From the human T2T-CHM13v2.0 reference genome, Homo sapiens, in the NCBI RefSeq assembly GCF_009914755.1, contig NC_060929.1: DNA of 64,000 bases; one strand, 5' to 3'. Below the pieces are notes generated by a model. The model had not been told where the DNA came from. It ran no database searches and was given only the letters and a program-made list of their open reading frames with translations. Position 1 is the stretch's first letter. Each line of letters starts with the position of its first letter. Below, in pieces: positions 39,660 to 54,821 of the stretch. Position numbers and translations under genes: made by a program.

Positions 39660-40058
39660 TTTTTAAAAACCGAGACATATTCACATAACAGAAAATTCAC
39701 CATTTTAAAGTGTACATTTCAGTGAGTTTTAGTGCTGGGTTGGGCAACCGTCACCACTAATTCCAGAACATTTCCTTCACCCCCACAAAACCCTGGATCT
39801 ATTAGCAGTGAGTCCCAATTCCCCTCTCCCCCAGCTCCTGGCAAGCACTAATCTTTCTGTCTCTATGGATTTGCCTGTTCTGGACATGTCATATAATGGA
39901 ATCATGTAGCTTTTTGTGGTCTGACTTCTTTCACTTTGCATAATGTTTCCAGGTTTCACCCATGTTGTAGCATATAATTTATTCCTTTTTTACTGACAAA
40001 GAATATTCCATTATATGGATATATCAACAGTTGTTTATCTGTTCATCAGTTGATGGAA
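39660..40058 (-). mobile_element. L1MB-type 3' end
   Basis: aaattcaccattttaaagtgtaca...ctcctggcaa...aatggaatcat...ttcatcagttgatgga. Confidence 0.85.
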
Positions 40059-40395
40059 TGGAAGACCCAGCTGTCAGGTGTGATGGAAAACTGTTGCCAT
40101 TGTTTTAATGTTAGGTCAAAGCCAGAATGAGGACTTGGGCATCCCACTCTCAATCTAGTCTTGTGTTTATGCCCTGCACTGATTTGTTGACATCTGAGCA
40201 CATGTATTTAAATAGTAGTGCTTTTCTGAAAGAAAATCTTACAACCTGGCTACCTACTTTTAGGATTTTATACCTCTCCAAGGATTTTTCCAGTATGGAA
40301 AAAATGTTTACAATGCAAAGAAATGAAATCTATACGTTATAGAAAAATTGTGCTGAGAGACAGGTTCAATTTTTATTTTTGAGACTAGTGGATGG

Positions 40396-40700
40396 TGTTT
40401 GTTTGTTTGTTTGTTTGAGATGGAGTCTTGCTCTGTCGCCCAGGCTGGAGTGCAGTGGCGCGATCTCAGCTCACTGCAACCTCTGCCTTTCGGGTTCAAG
40501 CGATTCTCGTGCCTCAATTTTCTGAGTAGCTGAGACTACAGCCGCGCACCACCATGCCTGTGGTTAACTTTTGTATTTTTAGTAGAGACGAGGTTTCACC
40601 ATGTTGGCCAGGCTGTTCTGGAACTCCTGACCTCAGGTTATCCTCCTGCCTCGGCCTCCCAAAATGCAAGGATTACAGGCATGAGCCACCGCACCTGGCC
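40396..40700 (-). mobile_element. AluS
   Basis: TSD ctagtggatggt. Confidence 0.93.
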
Positions 40701-41699
40701 TAGTGGATGGTCTTAATGCCTCTTTGTCCCTCTGTATTTTGCACGGTGACCTGGCGTCTGTACAGTATCTTTTATCTGCCTGTTTTTGTACATGTAAGTT
40801 TACTACCATGGTTTCTAGCCTGGGATCAAAGAAGGTTTGGTTGATGTTTGAGTCATGAGTACCCCCCACCTTTTTTGTTGTTGTTGTTCACTTTATTCTA
40901 TGGCAAAAATTCAGAATTATTCTCTCCTTTAATTAGACAGTCACTGTCATTCCATTAACGTGACCATTAGGTATGGGGAATATATGCCTTTGGGCCAGAA
41001 TTTAGTGCATTTCAAGCACATCTGGTCACCTCTCCTTCCCGCTCCCTTGCCTGCTACCTAAGTGAAAGCTCACTATGAGATGAGAGGAGGACTTTGATGA
41101 TCTGGCCTCCTTCCAATGTAATGTAATGACTGCCCCAGCTCTCAGGTCTGATTTCCCTGCTGACAAGATCCCAGAAGGCATGTTAATGTCTGTTTACCTG
41201 CAGTCATCATTTCTTCAGAGGCAGCATTGCATGTAGCCCCAGGCTTTTGCTGCGTGAGCATAAGAAGTCCAGAAGCAGATCTGATTTGTGAAGGATTTGG
41301 TTGTTGACACTTTTGCTTGGGAACGAGTGATGTGTAGAATGTGGCAAGATTCCAGTGGAGAAGGCGTTGTCCTGGGTTCATCAGGGATTTGTGCTGCTTT
41401 ATCTTAGGTAGCATGAGTGGAGGGTCCAGCCCAGCCTGGTTTCCTGACTTTGCACAAGGGTTTTCTTTGCCCAAGCTTTGATGATCCGGTCCCGAATACC
41501 CCTAATTACTCATTTCATTTGATGTTGTATTTTCTTATCGTTCTTTAAGATCTGGAGCAGTTATCATGTCATGCTTCACATACCTTATCTCCTTTGTATT
41601 ACTTCCTGCTTCTAAATACCTGCCAGCCCTCACATATATGAAAAAGCGACTGACCCTGACCCCTCTCCATGCTGAGCGTCCTTTATTCCTCCGACTGTT

Positions 41700-42340
<641 letters not shown>

Positions 42341-42769
42341 ACTCTATCCATTCTTTACCCTGGGGACTCATAGTTTTATTCCATTGGAACTATATGGATG
42401 GGAGCCTAGCATAATTCCGATGCAAGAAATGGTTGGAGTGAAGAAGAATTTTATTTTTTAATGATATGTTAGCATTGGCTCTGTTCCTAGAAAAATCCTT
42501 CTCCAACTCCTGATCCTACGGTACTTAAATTAGTCATTTCTAGTTCATGGGGTTTTGTGTTTGTTTTGGGAGTTTGGGGGTAATTGTTTGTATCAATTAT
42601 TACATAGATGAAAAGAATGAATTGGGTGTTGAATCTCTTTAGGAAGCTCAATACCTCAGTCCATCGGCCAACTGGTCGTCACTTGGGTGGACCCTTGAAC
42701 GCGTCTGTCTGCTGTGCTGTCTAGGAAGGGTGTGTGGGGTTCTAACTGGCACCTCTCTGTCTGTTGCAG

Positions 42770-43271
42770 TTACCTGGCTGAGCAGTGCTGGAATGGCGGC
42801 TTTATCTACCTGATCATGCTGCGTCGCTTTAAGCACAAAGCCCACTCCACTTATAATGGCAACAGTAGCAACAGCTCTGAACCAGGAGAAACACCTACCT
42901 TGGAGCTGGGTGACCGAACTGCGAAAAAGGGGAAACGAACCAGAAAGTTTGGGGTCATCTCCAGGCCTCCTGCCAACAAGGCCCCTGAAGAATCCAAGGG
43001 CAGCGCTGGCTGTGAGGTGTCCAGTGACCCCAGCACTGAGCTGGAGAACGGCCCTGACCCTGAACTTGGAAACGGCCATGTCTTTCAGCTAGAAAATGGC
43101 CCAGATTCTCTCAAGGAGGTGGCTGGACCCCATCTAGAGAGGTCAGAAGTGGACAGAGGGACAGAGCATAGAATTCCAAAGACAGATGCTCCTCTGACCA
43201 CAAGCAATGACAAACGCCGCTTCTCAAAAGGTGGGAAGACGGACTTCCAATCGAGTGACTGCCTGGCACGG
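42770..43271 (+). CDS. PDZD2: PDZD2 internal coding exon A (502 nt; starts phase 2, ends phase 0): YLAEQCWNGGFIYLIMLRRFKHK...QSSDCLAR
   Basis: Branch-point-like tctaac at 42741-42746, pyrimidine tract and acceptor ctgttgcag|t; donor CGG|gtaagg. Open frame throughout (ORF 42714..43400). Peptide recognised as human PDZD2 N-terminal region. Confidence 0.95.
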
Positions 43272-44174
43272 GTAAGGTTTGGTTTGATTATGGAACCAGA
43301 ATTTTATTTATCGTGTGTGTTTGTTTGTTTTTGCAGCCCAGCCCATGCGGGAAATACAAGCTGGGCTCAGAACCAGAATTTTGAAAGAAATATTGTTTGA
43401 AGTTGCTTTTAAGGTTTAAAAAATATACCTAAGATGACCTCGCATTGAGAAGCCAACAAATGCATTAAGAAAAGTGATCAGAGGAGAATGACAAAAAAGC
43501 TCCAGTCATTTTATCCTACTTAAATAAAGAGCTAGTCAAGTGATCCTAAGTGGAAAACTCAAGCCTTCTGTGTTAAAATTTGAGTCATGTGAGGTCCAGA
43601 TAAAGTACTTCACTGCATCGTTATTTATCGCTGCTGTCACCAGTGGAATCGCTGCTGCAAGGCCAAGAATTCCTGATGGCAGCTGACACCACAAACATCT
43701 AAGCCTCAGTATTACACAGGAAGGGTATTCAATACACAGGGAAGCATCTGCTTTTATTTTTAGCAGTTCAAAATTAGTGATGTTTTCATGGGATCACGTT
43801 ATTACATTGCTGAGTTCTAGGGAAGTTTGGAAGCTTGACAACAATCTCTGATACTATGAAATCCAGCTGTGAGGGTCAAAGTTGGTTACCACACCTGCTT
43901 TGCCTTTAGGTGTATTCTGAATGATAAGGGGTAAGCTTCTAGCCTCAAATGGTCTCCCTCATTATAACCAACATTCTGTCCTATGAGAATTGCATTTCTT
44001 TAGGGTAGACATGTTCATTCCAAGAATCTTCTTAGATATTCCTGCAGGCTCCATTTGAAACGATAAACTGCCTACGTGGATGCTGACTGGTTTCTTCTCT
44101 GACTCAGGAGATGCCCCTTAGGGATGAAAGAGAAAGTTATAAAGATCAAAAAGGGCGTAGGAGTATCAAGTTGA

Positions 44175-44455
44175 GGCCAGGCGCGGCAGCTTGTGACTGT
44201 AGTCCCAGCAGCTTGTGACTGTAGTCCCAGCATCTTGGGAGGCTAAGGATGGTAGATCGCTTGAGCTCAGGAGTGTGAGACCAACCTGGGCAACATGGTG
44301 GAACCCTGTCTCTACCAAAAATACAAAAAATTAGCTGGGGGCCTGAGTGAGAGGATCGCTTGAGTCTGGGAGGTGGAGGTTACAGTGAGCCAAGATTCTA
44401 CCACTGCTCTTCATCCTGGGTGACAGAGCAATACCCTGTCTCAAAACAAGAAAAG
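44175..44455 (+). mobile_element. AluJ with a 22-bp internal tandem duplication (44186-44229) and a right-arm deletion
   Basis: TSD agtatcaagttgag. Confidence 0.9.
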
Positions 44456-45028
44456 AAGTATCAAGTTGAGTTTTGTCTGCTGAGAAATGGTGCCCTGGGG
44501 GTAAGTGTGATTTCTGCCATTATAGCCAAATGTACAATGGGTTGAAAAGAATTACAATAGCCCCTCTCTCAAGAGATTATGTTCCTTCATTTGAGGAGCT
44601 GGGTGATCTTCATAAAGTTGGACACAGAGAAGGCATTATTTGTAAATAGAATGTATGAATAAGAAAAAAGTTGATGTCTCCATCAATGATTTGCTACTAA
44701 TTTTATAAGTTCCCCCAAAAAGGATTAAGGACAAAAAAAAAAAAAGATTATAATATACACCTCTTCCAAATTAAGGGCAGTGAAAATATTATAATGTGTT
44801 TCTTATCAGTGCATACCCTATCTTGATAGGATTTCTTCCCTAATGATTAGATTGTGCATACACAGAAAGCCTAATGTGAACAAAATAAGGTTGTGGGTAT
44901 TGGCTCCCTTAATCATTTGAAGGTTTAAGGCACCAGGAGAAGGTTGAATCTCACATATAGTCCCAAGAATAGGCCTTCATTTGACCTAGGACACAGTGGA
45001 AATAATTTGGAATGATTTTAAAACAAAG

Positions 45029-45320
45029 GGCCAGGTGCAGGGGCTCAGGCCTGTAATCCCAGCACTGTGGGAGGCCCAGGCAAGTAGATAACTTAATGCC
45101 AGGAGTTCAAGACCAGCCTGGCCAACATAGCAAAACCAAAAATACTAAAAATACAAAACTTAGGTGGGCATGGTTGCACATGCCTGTAATCCTAGCTACT
45201 CAGGAGGCTGAGGCACAAGAATCACTTGAACCTGGCAGGTGGAGGTTGCCGTGAGCCAGGAATCGCACCACCACCCTTCATCCTGGTCAACAGAGTGAGA
45301 CTGTCTCAAAAACAAACAAA
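45029..45320 (+). mobile_element. Alu (S/J)
   Basis: Full-length, diverged. Confidence 0.9.
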
Positions 45321-45399
45321 AGCTAAACTTTTAAGAGATTACTCATCCTCTGCTTACCTTAATTAAACGTAATAATACTATTAATAATAAATTTAATTA

Positions 45400-45743
<344 letters not shown>

Positions 45744-47199
45744 CTACACATATCACAGTTCCTTTGCGTTGTTTTTATGCTCAAGGTCAAACATCCTATG
45801 AGGTGTAAATGAAAGAGTGAAAACAACCAAACTGATCCATTGCCTTTAGGGCATTTTTTTTAAAAAGCCGCATGCCTATAGAAAGGGGAGACTTGCCATC
45901 TGGAATTTGCATTCTTTGTAACTGTTTATAATTCATATTCTGATTTTTGGCCCCGGGTCATACTTTTTGTCTTGGTAAATCAGAATGGACCACACATTTT
46001 CTCAGGCTCGAATATTTTAGCACCCTTTTCAACCATAAAATTATCTTTATTAGGTGCATTTGCCCAGGATTGATAGGGTTGGCAAAAAGTAGATTTTCAC
46101 AGCTTTCCCCCACATTCTGATGGCACCAAAATTGGAACCAATAGACCTTCATACAAGATTGTTTAAGTTCTTGGGATTTTTATTTTTAGTCCAGGACAGA
46201 GATCAAGGTCTTGCTAAAATGGAATTTCGAGAAAAACAGAAAATGCCTATTTACCTCTTAAGCCTTTGCGGGGGGCGGGGGGGAATTTCATTCCATTTGA
46301 ATAATGGGAGATTAAACATGTCAGTATTTTTCCATTTCTGTCTTTATAATGATTTAATATAGCTGCAAAAACTTAATAAATGACAAAAGAGCTCATAATC
46401 ATTCAGAACATTTTTGTTTGTCAGGTACTTCTTTTTCATAGACTGTTACTTGTTCTAAGACAATGTTACATTAAAATAAACCCTCAGTCTTTCCTTTTCC
46501 ATCCAGTTCCCTCTTAACAGAGCAACAGGAAATATATTTTCTTTAAACAAATTTTTCTTTTTAAAAAATGGTATTTTCTATAAAACATTAACTCACAATA
46601 ATACATATATAAGCAGATGACTATTTAAAAAGACAAAGTTGGGTTTGTCCTCTAAAACAGAATCTCCTAGGACATAGACAAACTATTTTAGGCATGAGTT
46701 CAAAGTTCCTCATTATCTTCTTAGCAAAGATCTTTACTACTCTGAGAGTTTTTGCGAGTCTGCTTATATAGAATGTAATGTATTTTTGTAATGCTACATG
46801 TTGAAAATGAATACAACCAAATGTAGTCACTTAGCAAAAAAAGAACCCTACCACTTGCCAAGCAGACAAGTTTATTCATGACTGGCATGGGTATGTCTAT
46901 GGGTACATTTGTGGTCTTTCCCTAGGAATCGTAATCTACCCTGTACACTACCAGACCCTTTTCCTATGCCTCCTCTGTAAGTGGTTCAGCAGAGACCTCA
47001 TGCAGGCTTCCTGGATCTGCATCTGCAGAAACGAGTAGAAAACTCAGAAGGAGCATCACACTCAGAACATCTCCCTGATGAGCCCTCACGTTTGCATCAG
47101 AGGCAGCCTGAGGATGGTCCTTTTCCAGGAAGCCCCCTTGGTCACTGGGTGAACTCACATTGTCCTACATGGTAACATCTCCCAAGTCTGTGTCTGAGC

Positions 47200-47940
47200 C
47201 CTCAGCTCTCTCCTGAGCCCCTGAGTTTTGTGCCAACTGCCTGCAGGATGTCTCCATCTTGGATATATTTCACATCATGCCTAAAACTCAGCACATCATT
47301 TTCCCATACCGCTGAACCCACTCCAGTGCTCCAGGTCTCCCCATCCCCAAAGTTTGCCCAAGCTGGAAGTTTGATGAGATTCATTGGGGGTGACCAACCA
47401 TCCTGGTTTGTCCAGAACTTCCCCTGGTTTCTCACTGAAAATCCTGGGAAACCCTCCGTCCTAGGGAGAGTGGGACAGCTGGTCATCTTGGAGTCACCTG
47501 AAGCACTGCCCACTGCCTTCTGCCATGTCTGGTCAATCACCAAGTCCCCTCAACTGTAGCTCCTTTTGAAATCCTGCAGCTCAACCTGCCTCTCTCTTTA
47601 CTCCCATAACTTCAGGTCAGGGCTAGGCTGCTTTCATTTTGCCCCCTGGGCTGTCACAGTACTCCCCTACCCGGGACATCGCCCCACTCCTATCCCATTC
47701 ATCCACTGTCCCAACTGCCACCAGAGGGACCTTTCTAAACAGCACATCTCATTACTCACACACATACACATAGGTGCACAACATACATGTGCATGCACAC
47801 ACACGCACACTGTAGCTGAAACCCGTTTGGTGGGTCCACTTTGCCTTCGTGGTTGTTACCAAACACATTGGGATGTCATTTGAGGCCCTTTATTATCTGA
47901 TTCCTGGTTAACTGTCTGCCTCCATCTCTCACTGCTTTCT
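47200..47940 (+). mobile_element. L2 fragments interrupted by a MER81-like MITE
   Basis: ccaactgcctgcaggatgtctccatcttggat...cactgccaccagagggacctttctaaa. Confidence 0.65.
47386..47490. mobile_element. MER81/MER94-like hAT-Blackjack MITE
   Basis: Inverted termini gggtgaccaacc ... gctggtcatct. Confidence 0.75.
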
Positions 47941-47954
47941 TTTTTTCTTTTTTA

Positions 47955-48320
47955 CCTTTACCAGTTTATTATATAATAAAGAATACAGATGAAGAATTAC
48001 ATAAGGCGAGGTCCAGAGGGTTCCCAGCACAGGAGCTTCTGTCCTTGTGGAGATGGGGGTGGGGGGGGTGCATCACCCTCCTGGCATGTGGATGTATTCA
48101 CCCTCCTGGCATGTGGATGTATTCACCATCCTGGAAGCTCTCCAAACCTCATACTCTAGGGATTTGTATGAAGGCTTCATCCTGAAGGCATGATCATTTG
48201 TTAACTCAAAATCCAGCATTTCTCCCCTGACTCCAGAAGATGGGGGTAGGGCAGAAAGTTGCAAGCTTCTCATGGCCTGTCCTTTCTGGTAACTAACCCC
48301 CGTCTGGAAGCTATCCCTGA
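47955..48320. mobile_element. MER21-like LTR fragment with a 25-bp tandem duplication (48073-48122)
   Basis: gaatacagatgaaga...caggagcttctgtcc...gatgtattcacc...ggaagctctccaaacc. Confidence 0.75.
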
Positions 48321-48667
48321 TATCCAGTTTCTTATTCCCTGATTTGGAGTGAATTCACTGCAAGCTTTTTCAAAGACCATACTTAGTGTCACCTCTGAGC
48401 CTTTGCGAGTGCTCCGCTCACTACCTGGTTTCTTCTCCCCTCTCCCACGTCGCTTAGCTTCTACCTTTCCTAGGGGACCAAGCCTCAAGACACCCTCCTG
48501 TAGGAGGTCTCTGTGACATTCCTGCCGCCTGCTCTGTCATTAGCCATCTCCTCTTCGGTCTCCTGCGGTACCCTCTGCTGGTCTTCATTCATGCCCGAGC
48601 CCGACGTATTCCAATTACCATTTGGCTCATCGTGTCCCCAGTAGACTTTAAGAGCAAAGCCTTTGAT

Positions 48668-49425
<758 letters not shown>

Positions 49426-50269
49426 CAGGGCGGGGCCTTCTTTGTCTTTGTTTCCCGTCTTAGCTCAGTGCCTTGTAGGTATTTATTAATCAAGGCCCCA
49501 AGAATACTAGTCCTGGGAGATGGGACCCTGAAGTTCCTGCCTCAGTTCTGCCATCCCCAGCACTGTGGCCTTCAGGTTGCTGCGGCCTTTCTCTGGCCTT
49601 CTGTTTTCTCACCTATAAACTGAGCATTTTGGTCTGATGACTAAGGGACTTCCAGCTCTGACATTATGCTCACCCATTTCTTACTGATCATTCTGAATAA
49701 GAAGGGGTAAGCAAACGGTTTCAGAAAAGGTTTGCAACTAGCGCCGGAGTATTTACGGCAGCAAGATTCTGGTTGGATTGTGTCTTCTCACATATGGGGC
49801 AAAGTTGCTGTTATAAAGTTTTATTTTTGGTTCCAGCAGTAATGAGGTCATTTAAATGCTGTGAGACAGCTCCCTTTAATGTACCGCTCCTGTTTTGGTA
49901 AATAAATCCCTTCGTTGGCTTCAGTGAAGGGATACATGTGTGAACTCACGCAGTAATTGGCAGTTTACAGGAAAGGGTAACACTCCAACAACATTAGTGC
50001 AGAAGTCCATAGCATCCAGTTTTTCAGGGTTTGGCTTTTTCTCAATAGGCTGACAAAGTCTTGTTGCCCTTTAAGCTAATGTAAAAGAAAACAAATGCCC
50101 AAACCATCTGTCTAGACAGGGTCTGTTGCAGAACTCGGTCTCTCCAACTGGACCAGGGTTCACACAATGAACACTGGCAAACAGACAGATCTCCCATCTG
50201 TGTGAGCTTCTTAACCTCAGTCGCAAGGACCATCATGGAACTGTAAGATTAGCGGATAAACATTCTATA

Positions 50270-51230
50270 TTTGTTCATTCAGTGCTATTTATGGGATATT
50301 ATAATGTGGTAGACACTGTTCTAATTGCTAGAGAACTAGTTGGTAAACAAGACAGACAAGGTTCTTATCTCACAGCATTTATAGCATACCACAAACAATA
50401 AATAAGCAAATCCACAAATCACAGTGTCAGAAGCTGATGAGTCAATGAAATAAAACAGGGTGAAGTGAAAGCTGGCCGGGCAGTGTCATGGGCAGGGGGC
50501 TGGTTGATGTTGGGTGTCAGAGCAGGAAGATCTCAGTAAAGAGGCGATGTTTGAGCTGAGGATTGAGTGTCAGAAAAGGGCAGCCCTGCATAATCCGGGG
50601 CAGAATGTTCCCAGGGAAGAACCAGCAAAGCATCTGCCCTCAGGCAGGAATGACAGAGTGTTCCATGAGAAAGACACTGGGCACCAGGAGATGATTCAGG
50701 AGGTGTGGGCAGGGCTGGTTACAGAGGTTCGCATATGCCACCTTGGAGTTTGAACCTTATTCTCGGTCCTGTGGGAAGTTGTTGGAGGGCTTATGCTGAG
50801 TGCATCACAGCCTATGTTTTTTAAACCTTCCCCTTGGATGTTTGATGGAGGATAATGGATTGTAGGAGGTGAAATTTAAAAGGGAGACCAAACTGGAGGC
50901 TATTGTGGTCACCCAAGCTAAAGATGCTGGTCACTTTGACGGGGGAGGTTAGGGAGAGGAGAAGGCCAAAGTCGGTGGATCTGGCATCTATTTCGGAAGT
51001 AGACTCTACAGATGGTGCTCGTGGTTCAGATGTGGGAGATTAAACAGAAGGAATCAAAGATACTTCACGGACTTTTGGCTTGTGGATCATCTTTAGCCTG
51101 AGTAGAGGATAATGCTGTTTGCATTGAGATGGGAAAGCCAGGAGTAAGAGAGGAAAAAAGTCCAGTTTTGATTGTACTAAGGTGTATATCAGATACCCAA
51201 GTGGAATTGTTAAGGAGGCAGTTGGAAATA
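50270..51230 (-). mobile_element. L2
   Basis: ttcattcagt...agacactgttcta...aacaagacagaca...ggaggctattg...agatacccaagtgga...aggcagttgga. Confidence 0.8.
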
Positions 51231-51366
51231 TCCTTAATATCGTTATATTTAAGTTGGCCTGTTAGATTTTGGCCAGTACAAGTTTTAGCCTAGTAAATAT
51301 CAGACACTGATTTATTTTTTACTGAACGTTGCTGTAGGCAAATACCTTTAAAACTGACAATTGTGG

Positions 51367-51686
<320 letters not shown>

Positions 51687-53619
51687 CTAACATTTACTTC
51701 TTGTTGCTTGTGTCTTCCTTTGTAGTCCTCTGAACTCCCTTCATTAGATGATCAGAAATTCCAAGGTGAGGAAACTTGCATTAATTTCTTTGGACACTCC
51801 CCTCCTATCTCCTACTTTCAATTAAAAAAAAATTATGTTATCGGATAAAAGTGAAAAAGAAGGTCTGTTTCTTGAGTAGTGTAGTTGGGGGCTGTATTAC
51901 AGATTAGTGATTTCTGCCCTCTGAAGCCAGTTTTATTTGTTAAGTGTTTTGCATGACTTTATTTTTAACGAGTTTTGTGGTTTGGGGCTGGGGGCAGGCA
52001 AGTGGAGTGGAAATGTGGGTGCTCTTGATGGAAAGTGTCTTGAACTCTTCTGTCAGTATATATATATATACATTTGAGCTGATATTGTATTCCCATGAAC
52101 ATCGTTTTGCATGTTTCTTGTCACATGTCCTACTTCTAAAAGTATTTAAAAATTAGAAAGGAATGTACCTAGTATTGTCACATCCTTTGTTAACCATACT
52201 TACATGTTTTGTTTAACAAAGAGGAGGGGAAAAGGAGAAAAGAATGGTGGTGTAAACTAGTAAGGGGGATGGATAGGTTTTTACTAATTTGCGCTAAAAC
52301 CCAAATAGATTTTCTTATTTCTGGACTCTAAGAATGGTCCTTGTTGCTCTTGGGAAAGAGGTTCACAGCTTTTCTGTCCTGGGGGAGGAAGAAACACTCA
52401 TCTTCTAGACCCCAGCAGCCAGAGCATATCTTCCACGGAAAAAAACAGCCAGCATCCTTCTCTCAAGTGTGCCTCTTCCATGGAAAAAAAAAAAAAAAGC
52501 CACCATCCTACTCTCGCGTGTGCCGTGAGGCCGCCACAGGGCTGCTCCCTATGCTGGCGTGGGAGGCCCAGAAAGCCAGGACAACATCCAGTCAGCACAT
52601 CCCTGATTCTGTTCTTTTCAATGGTATCCACTAGGCCATCGGGCCCCATTGGAAGTGTTGAAAGTTGCCATCTTGGTGGTTGCACTGCTCCTCAAGGATG
52701 GCTTTTTGGAAGTAGTAGAGCCATGAGAGACTTCGAAGGCCAGGGAGGATGTTTCTGAATGGGGAAGGGAAAGGTGTTCCAGAGGTCAGAGGCAGCAAAC
52801 CAAAAACCATAGAGTCCAAAATGAGGTGATTGGATGAAATAGAGATCATTGACAAGTTCATGAACTACTGTGGTAAGCCAGTGACTTCTGAAGTTACATT
52901 TGGCCAGACAGGCTTCATTTGACTGTGGTCAGGGGATGGAGGAGACAGTTGGCACCAGCGTCTGTTCCTGGGATAGCGGAGCCCCACCGAACAGCACGCT
53001 ACCCGAAGGAGTGTGGGATCCAACAGGTCTCTGTCTGCTAATAATTTCCCCAGACATTCCTATTGCTGCACATCAATGACTGCCCAACATCTGTTTTTTT
53101 TACTGTTGCATAAAGTTTCATTTCAGTTTCTGACTGTGTATTTCAGATTTTCTAAATGCCACACATTCTTTCTCCTTTGCAAGCAGCTTGAACAGGCAGG
53201 TTGCCTATTTCTAGGGGGATGGTGGCTTTGTCCATGTTGTACCTTAACGGTTCCATTGGACTTTTCATGATGGATGTTAAAAGCAGATGGCTTTTGTTTC
53301 ATATGTTGTTTCATATATCATATGTCATTTGTTTCATATGAAGATGGCTTTTGTTTCATATGTCTTGTGACTCAGGCCCATATAGCTAGGGCTAAAAAGA
53401 GCTACAGGGGTGAGTCTGAAGTGAGACCCCAAAGTAAATCACTTTGGAAAGTTTTGCTTTCATTTCTCTAAATAGCTAAGGACTTGGGGGAAGTCAACAG
53501 TTTTGCAGTGAGCATATGTGTGTGTCCTTGGAGTGAAGTAAGGAGACAAGCAGAGGATAAACCAAGGTGGAAAAGCTATCAGCAATCAGATGGCTTAGAG
53601 ACATTGATTAGTTTATTTA

Positions 53620-54405
53620 TTTATTTATTGTTTTTGTTTTTTTTGTTTGTTGGGGGGATGGAGTCTCACTGTGTCACCCAGGATGGAGCACAGTGGTGTG
53701 ATCTCGGCTCACTGCAACCTCCACCTTCTGGGTTCAAGCGATTCTCCTGCCTCAGCCTCCTGAGTATCTGGGATTATAGGTGCCCACCACCACGCCTGGC
53801 TAATTTTTTTATATTTTTAGTAGAGATGTTGGACAGGCTGGTCTTGAACTCCTGACCTCTGGTGATCCCCCCACCTTGGCCTCCTCAAAGTGCTGGGATT
53901 ACAGGCATGAGCCACCACGCCCAGCCTGTTTTTTGTTTTTTTTTTAAAGATTTTTATAGGGGTTGAAGCATTTCTTAAATGTATTTAGGGAACGTGCAGC
54001 CCAGTGTCTGTGGCAGTGGGTATCAAATTCATCAATTAATTTTTTGTTTTGGTTTCTCTACCAAACGTCTCATTTATATGTTTTAAGGAAGTTTGAGATT
54101 CAATTCAATATGGTGTTTTTTGTTTTTTTGGTGATGGAGTCTTGCTTTGTCTGGAGTGCAGTGGCACCATCTTGGCCCACTACAACCTCCACCTCCTAGG
54201 TTCAAGTGGTTCTCCTCCCTCAGCCTCCTGAGTAGCTGGGATTACAGGCACTTGCCATGATGCCCAGCTAATTTGTTGTATTTTTTGTAGAGACGGGGTT
54301 TCACCATGCTGGCCAGGCTGGTCTCAAACTCCTGACCTCAGGTGATCCACCTGCCTCGGCCTCTCAAAGTGCTGGGATTACAGGCATGAGCCAAAGCACC
54401 TGGCC
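53620..54405 (-). mobile_element. Two antisense Alus (53620-53926; 54122-54405)
   Basis: Second has TSD tcaatatggtgttttt. Confidence 0.9.
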
Positions 54406-54464
54406 CTCAATATGGTGTTTTTAACATAAATATGCTTATATGTGTATATATAAGTAATATAGTT

Positions 54465-54680
54465 ACCTATCAACATTTATTTACTGGGTGTTGTACTGCC
54501 ACCTATTTGCACAAATGTCTCATTTAATTCTAAGAACAAACCTGGAAATACTAAATTCCCAATTTGGAGGCAAGGAAACTGAGACTTTTAAGCATTAGGT
54601 GGCTTTCATAAGTTATAAATGGCAGAGCTAGGTTCCAACTAGTTGAAGTCTCCTGGCACCAAGACCTGAGCTTTGCCTTC
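54465..54680 (-). mobile_element. MIR
   Basis: tctcatttaattct...aggaaactgaga...aatggcagagctagg. Confidence 0.75.
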
Positions 54681-54821
54681 CTTTCATCTTTGTTAATTAG
54701 TAGCTGTGCAGAAGTCAAAGGCCCCCAGAAATAGCCAGTGTTGACGTGCACAGTGGCATCCGGGTTTCAGGCAGAAGCAGCTTCACCTAACAGGACCCTG
54801 TTCAGGAAATTTAATCACTTT

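Noticed and set aside
42648-43079. 143-aa antisense ORF over exon A
   Set aside because: Typical shadow ORF opposite a coding exon; no independent support.
42714-43400. 228-aa ORF as a standalone gene
   Set aside because: It is exon A plus intronic read-through on both sides; splice sites delimit 42770-43271.
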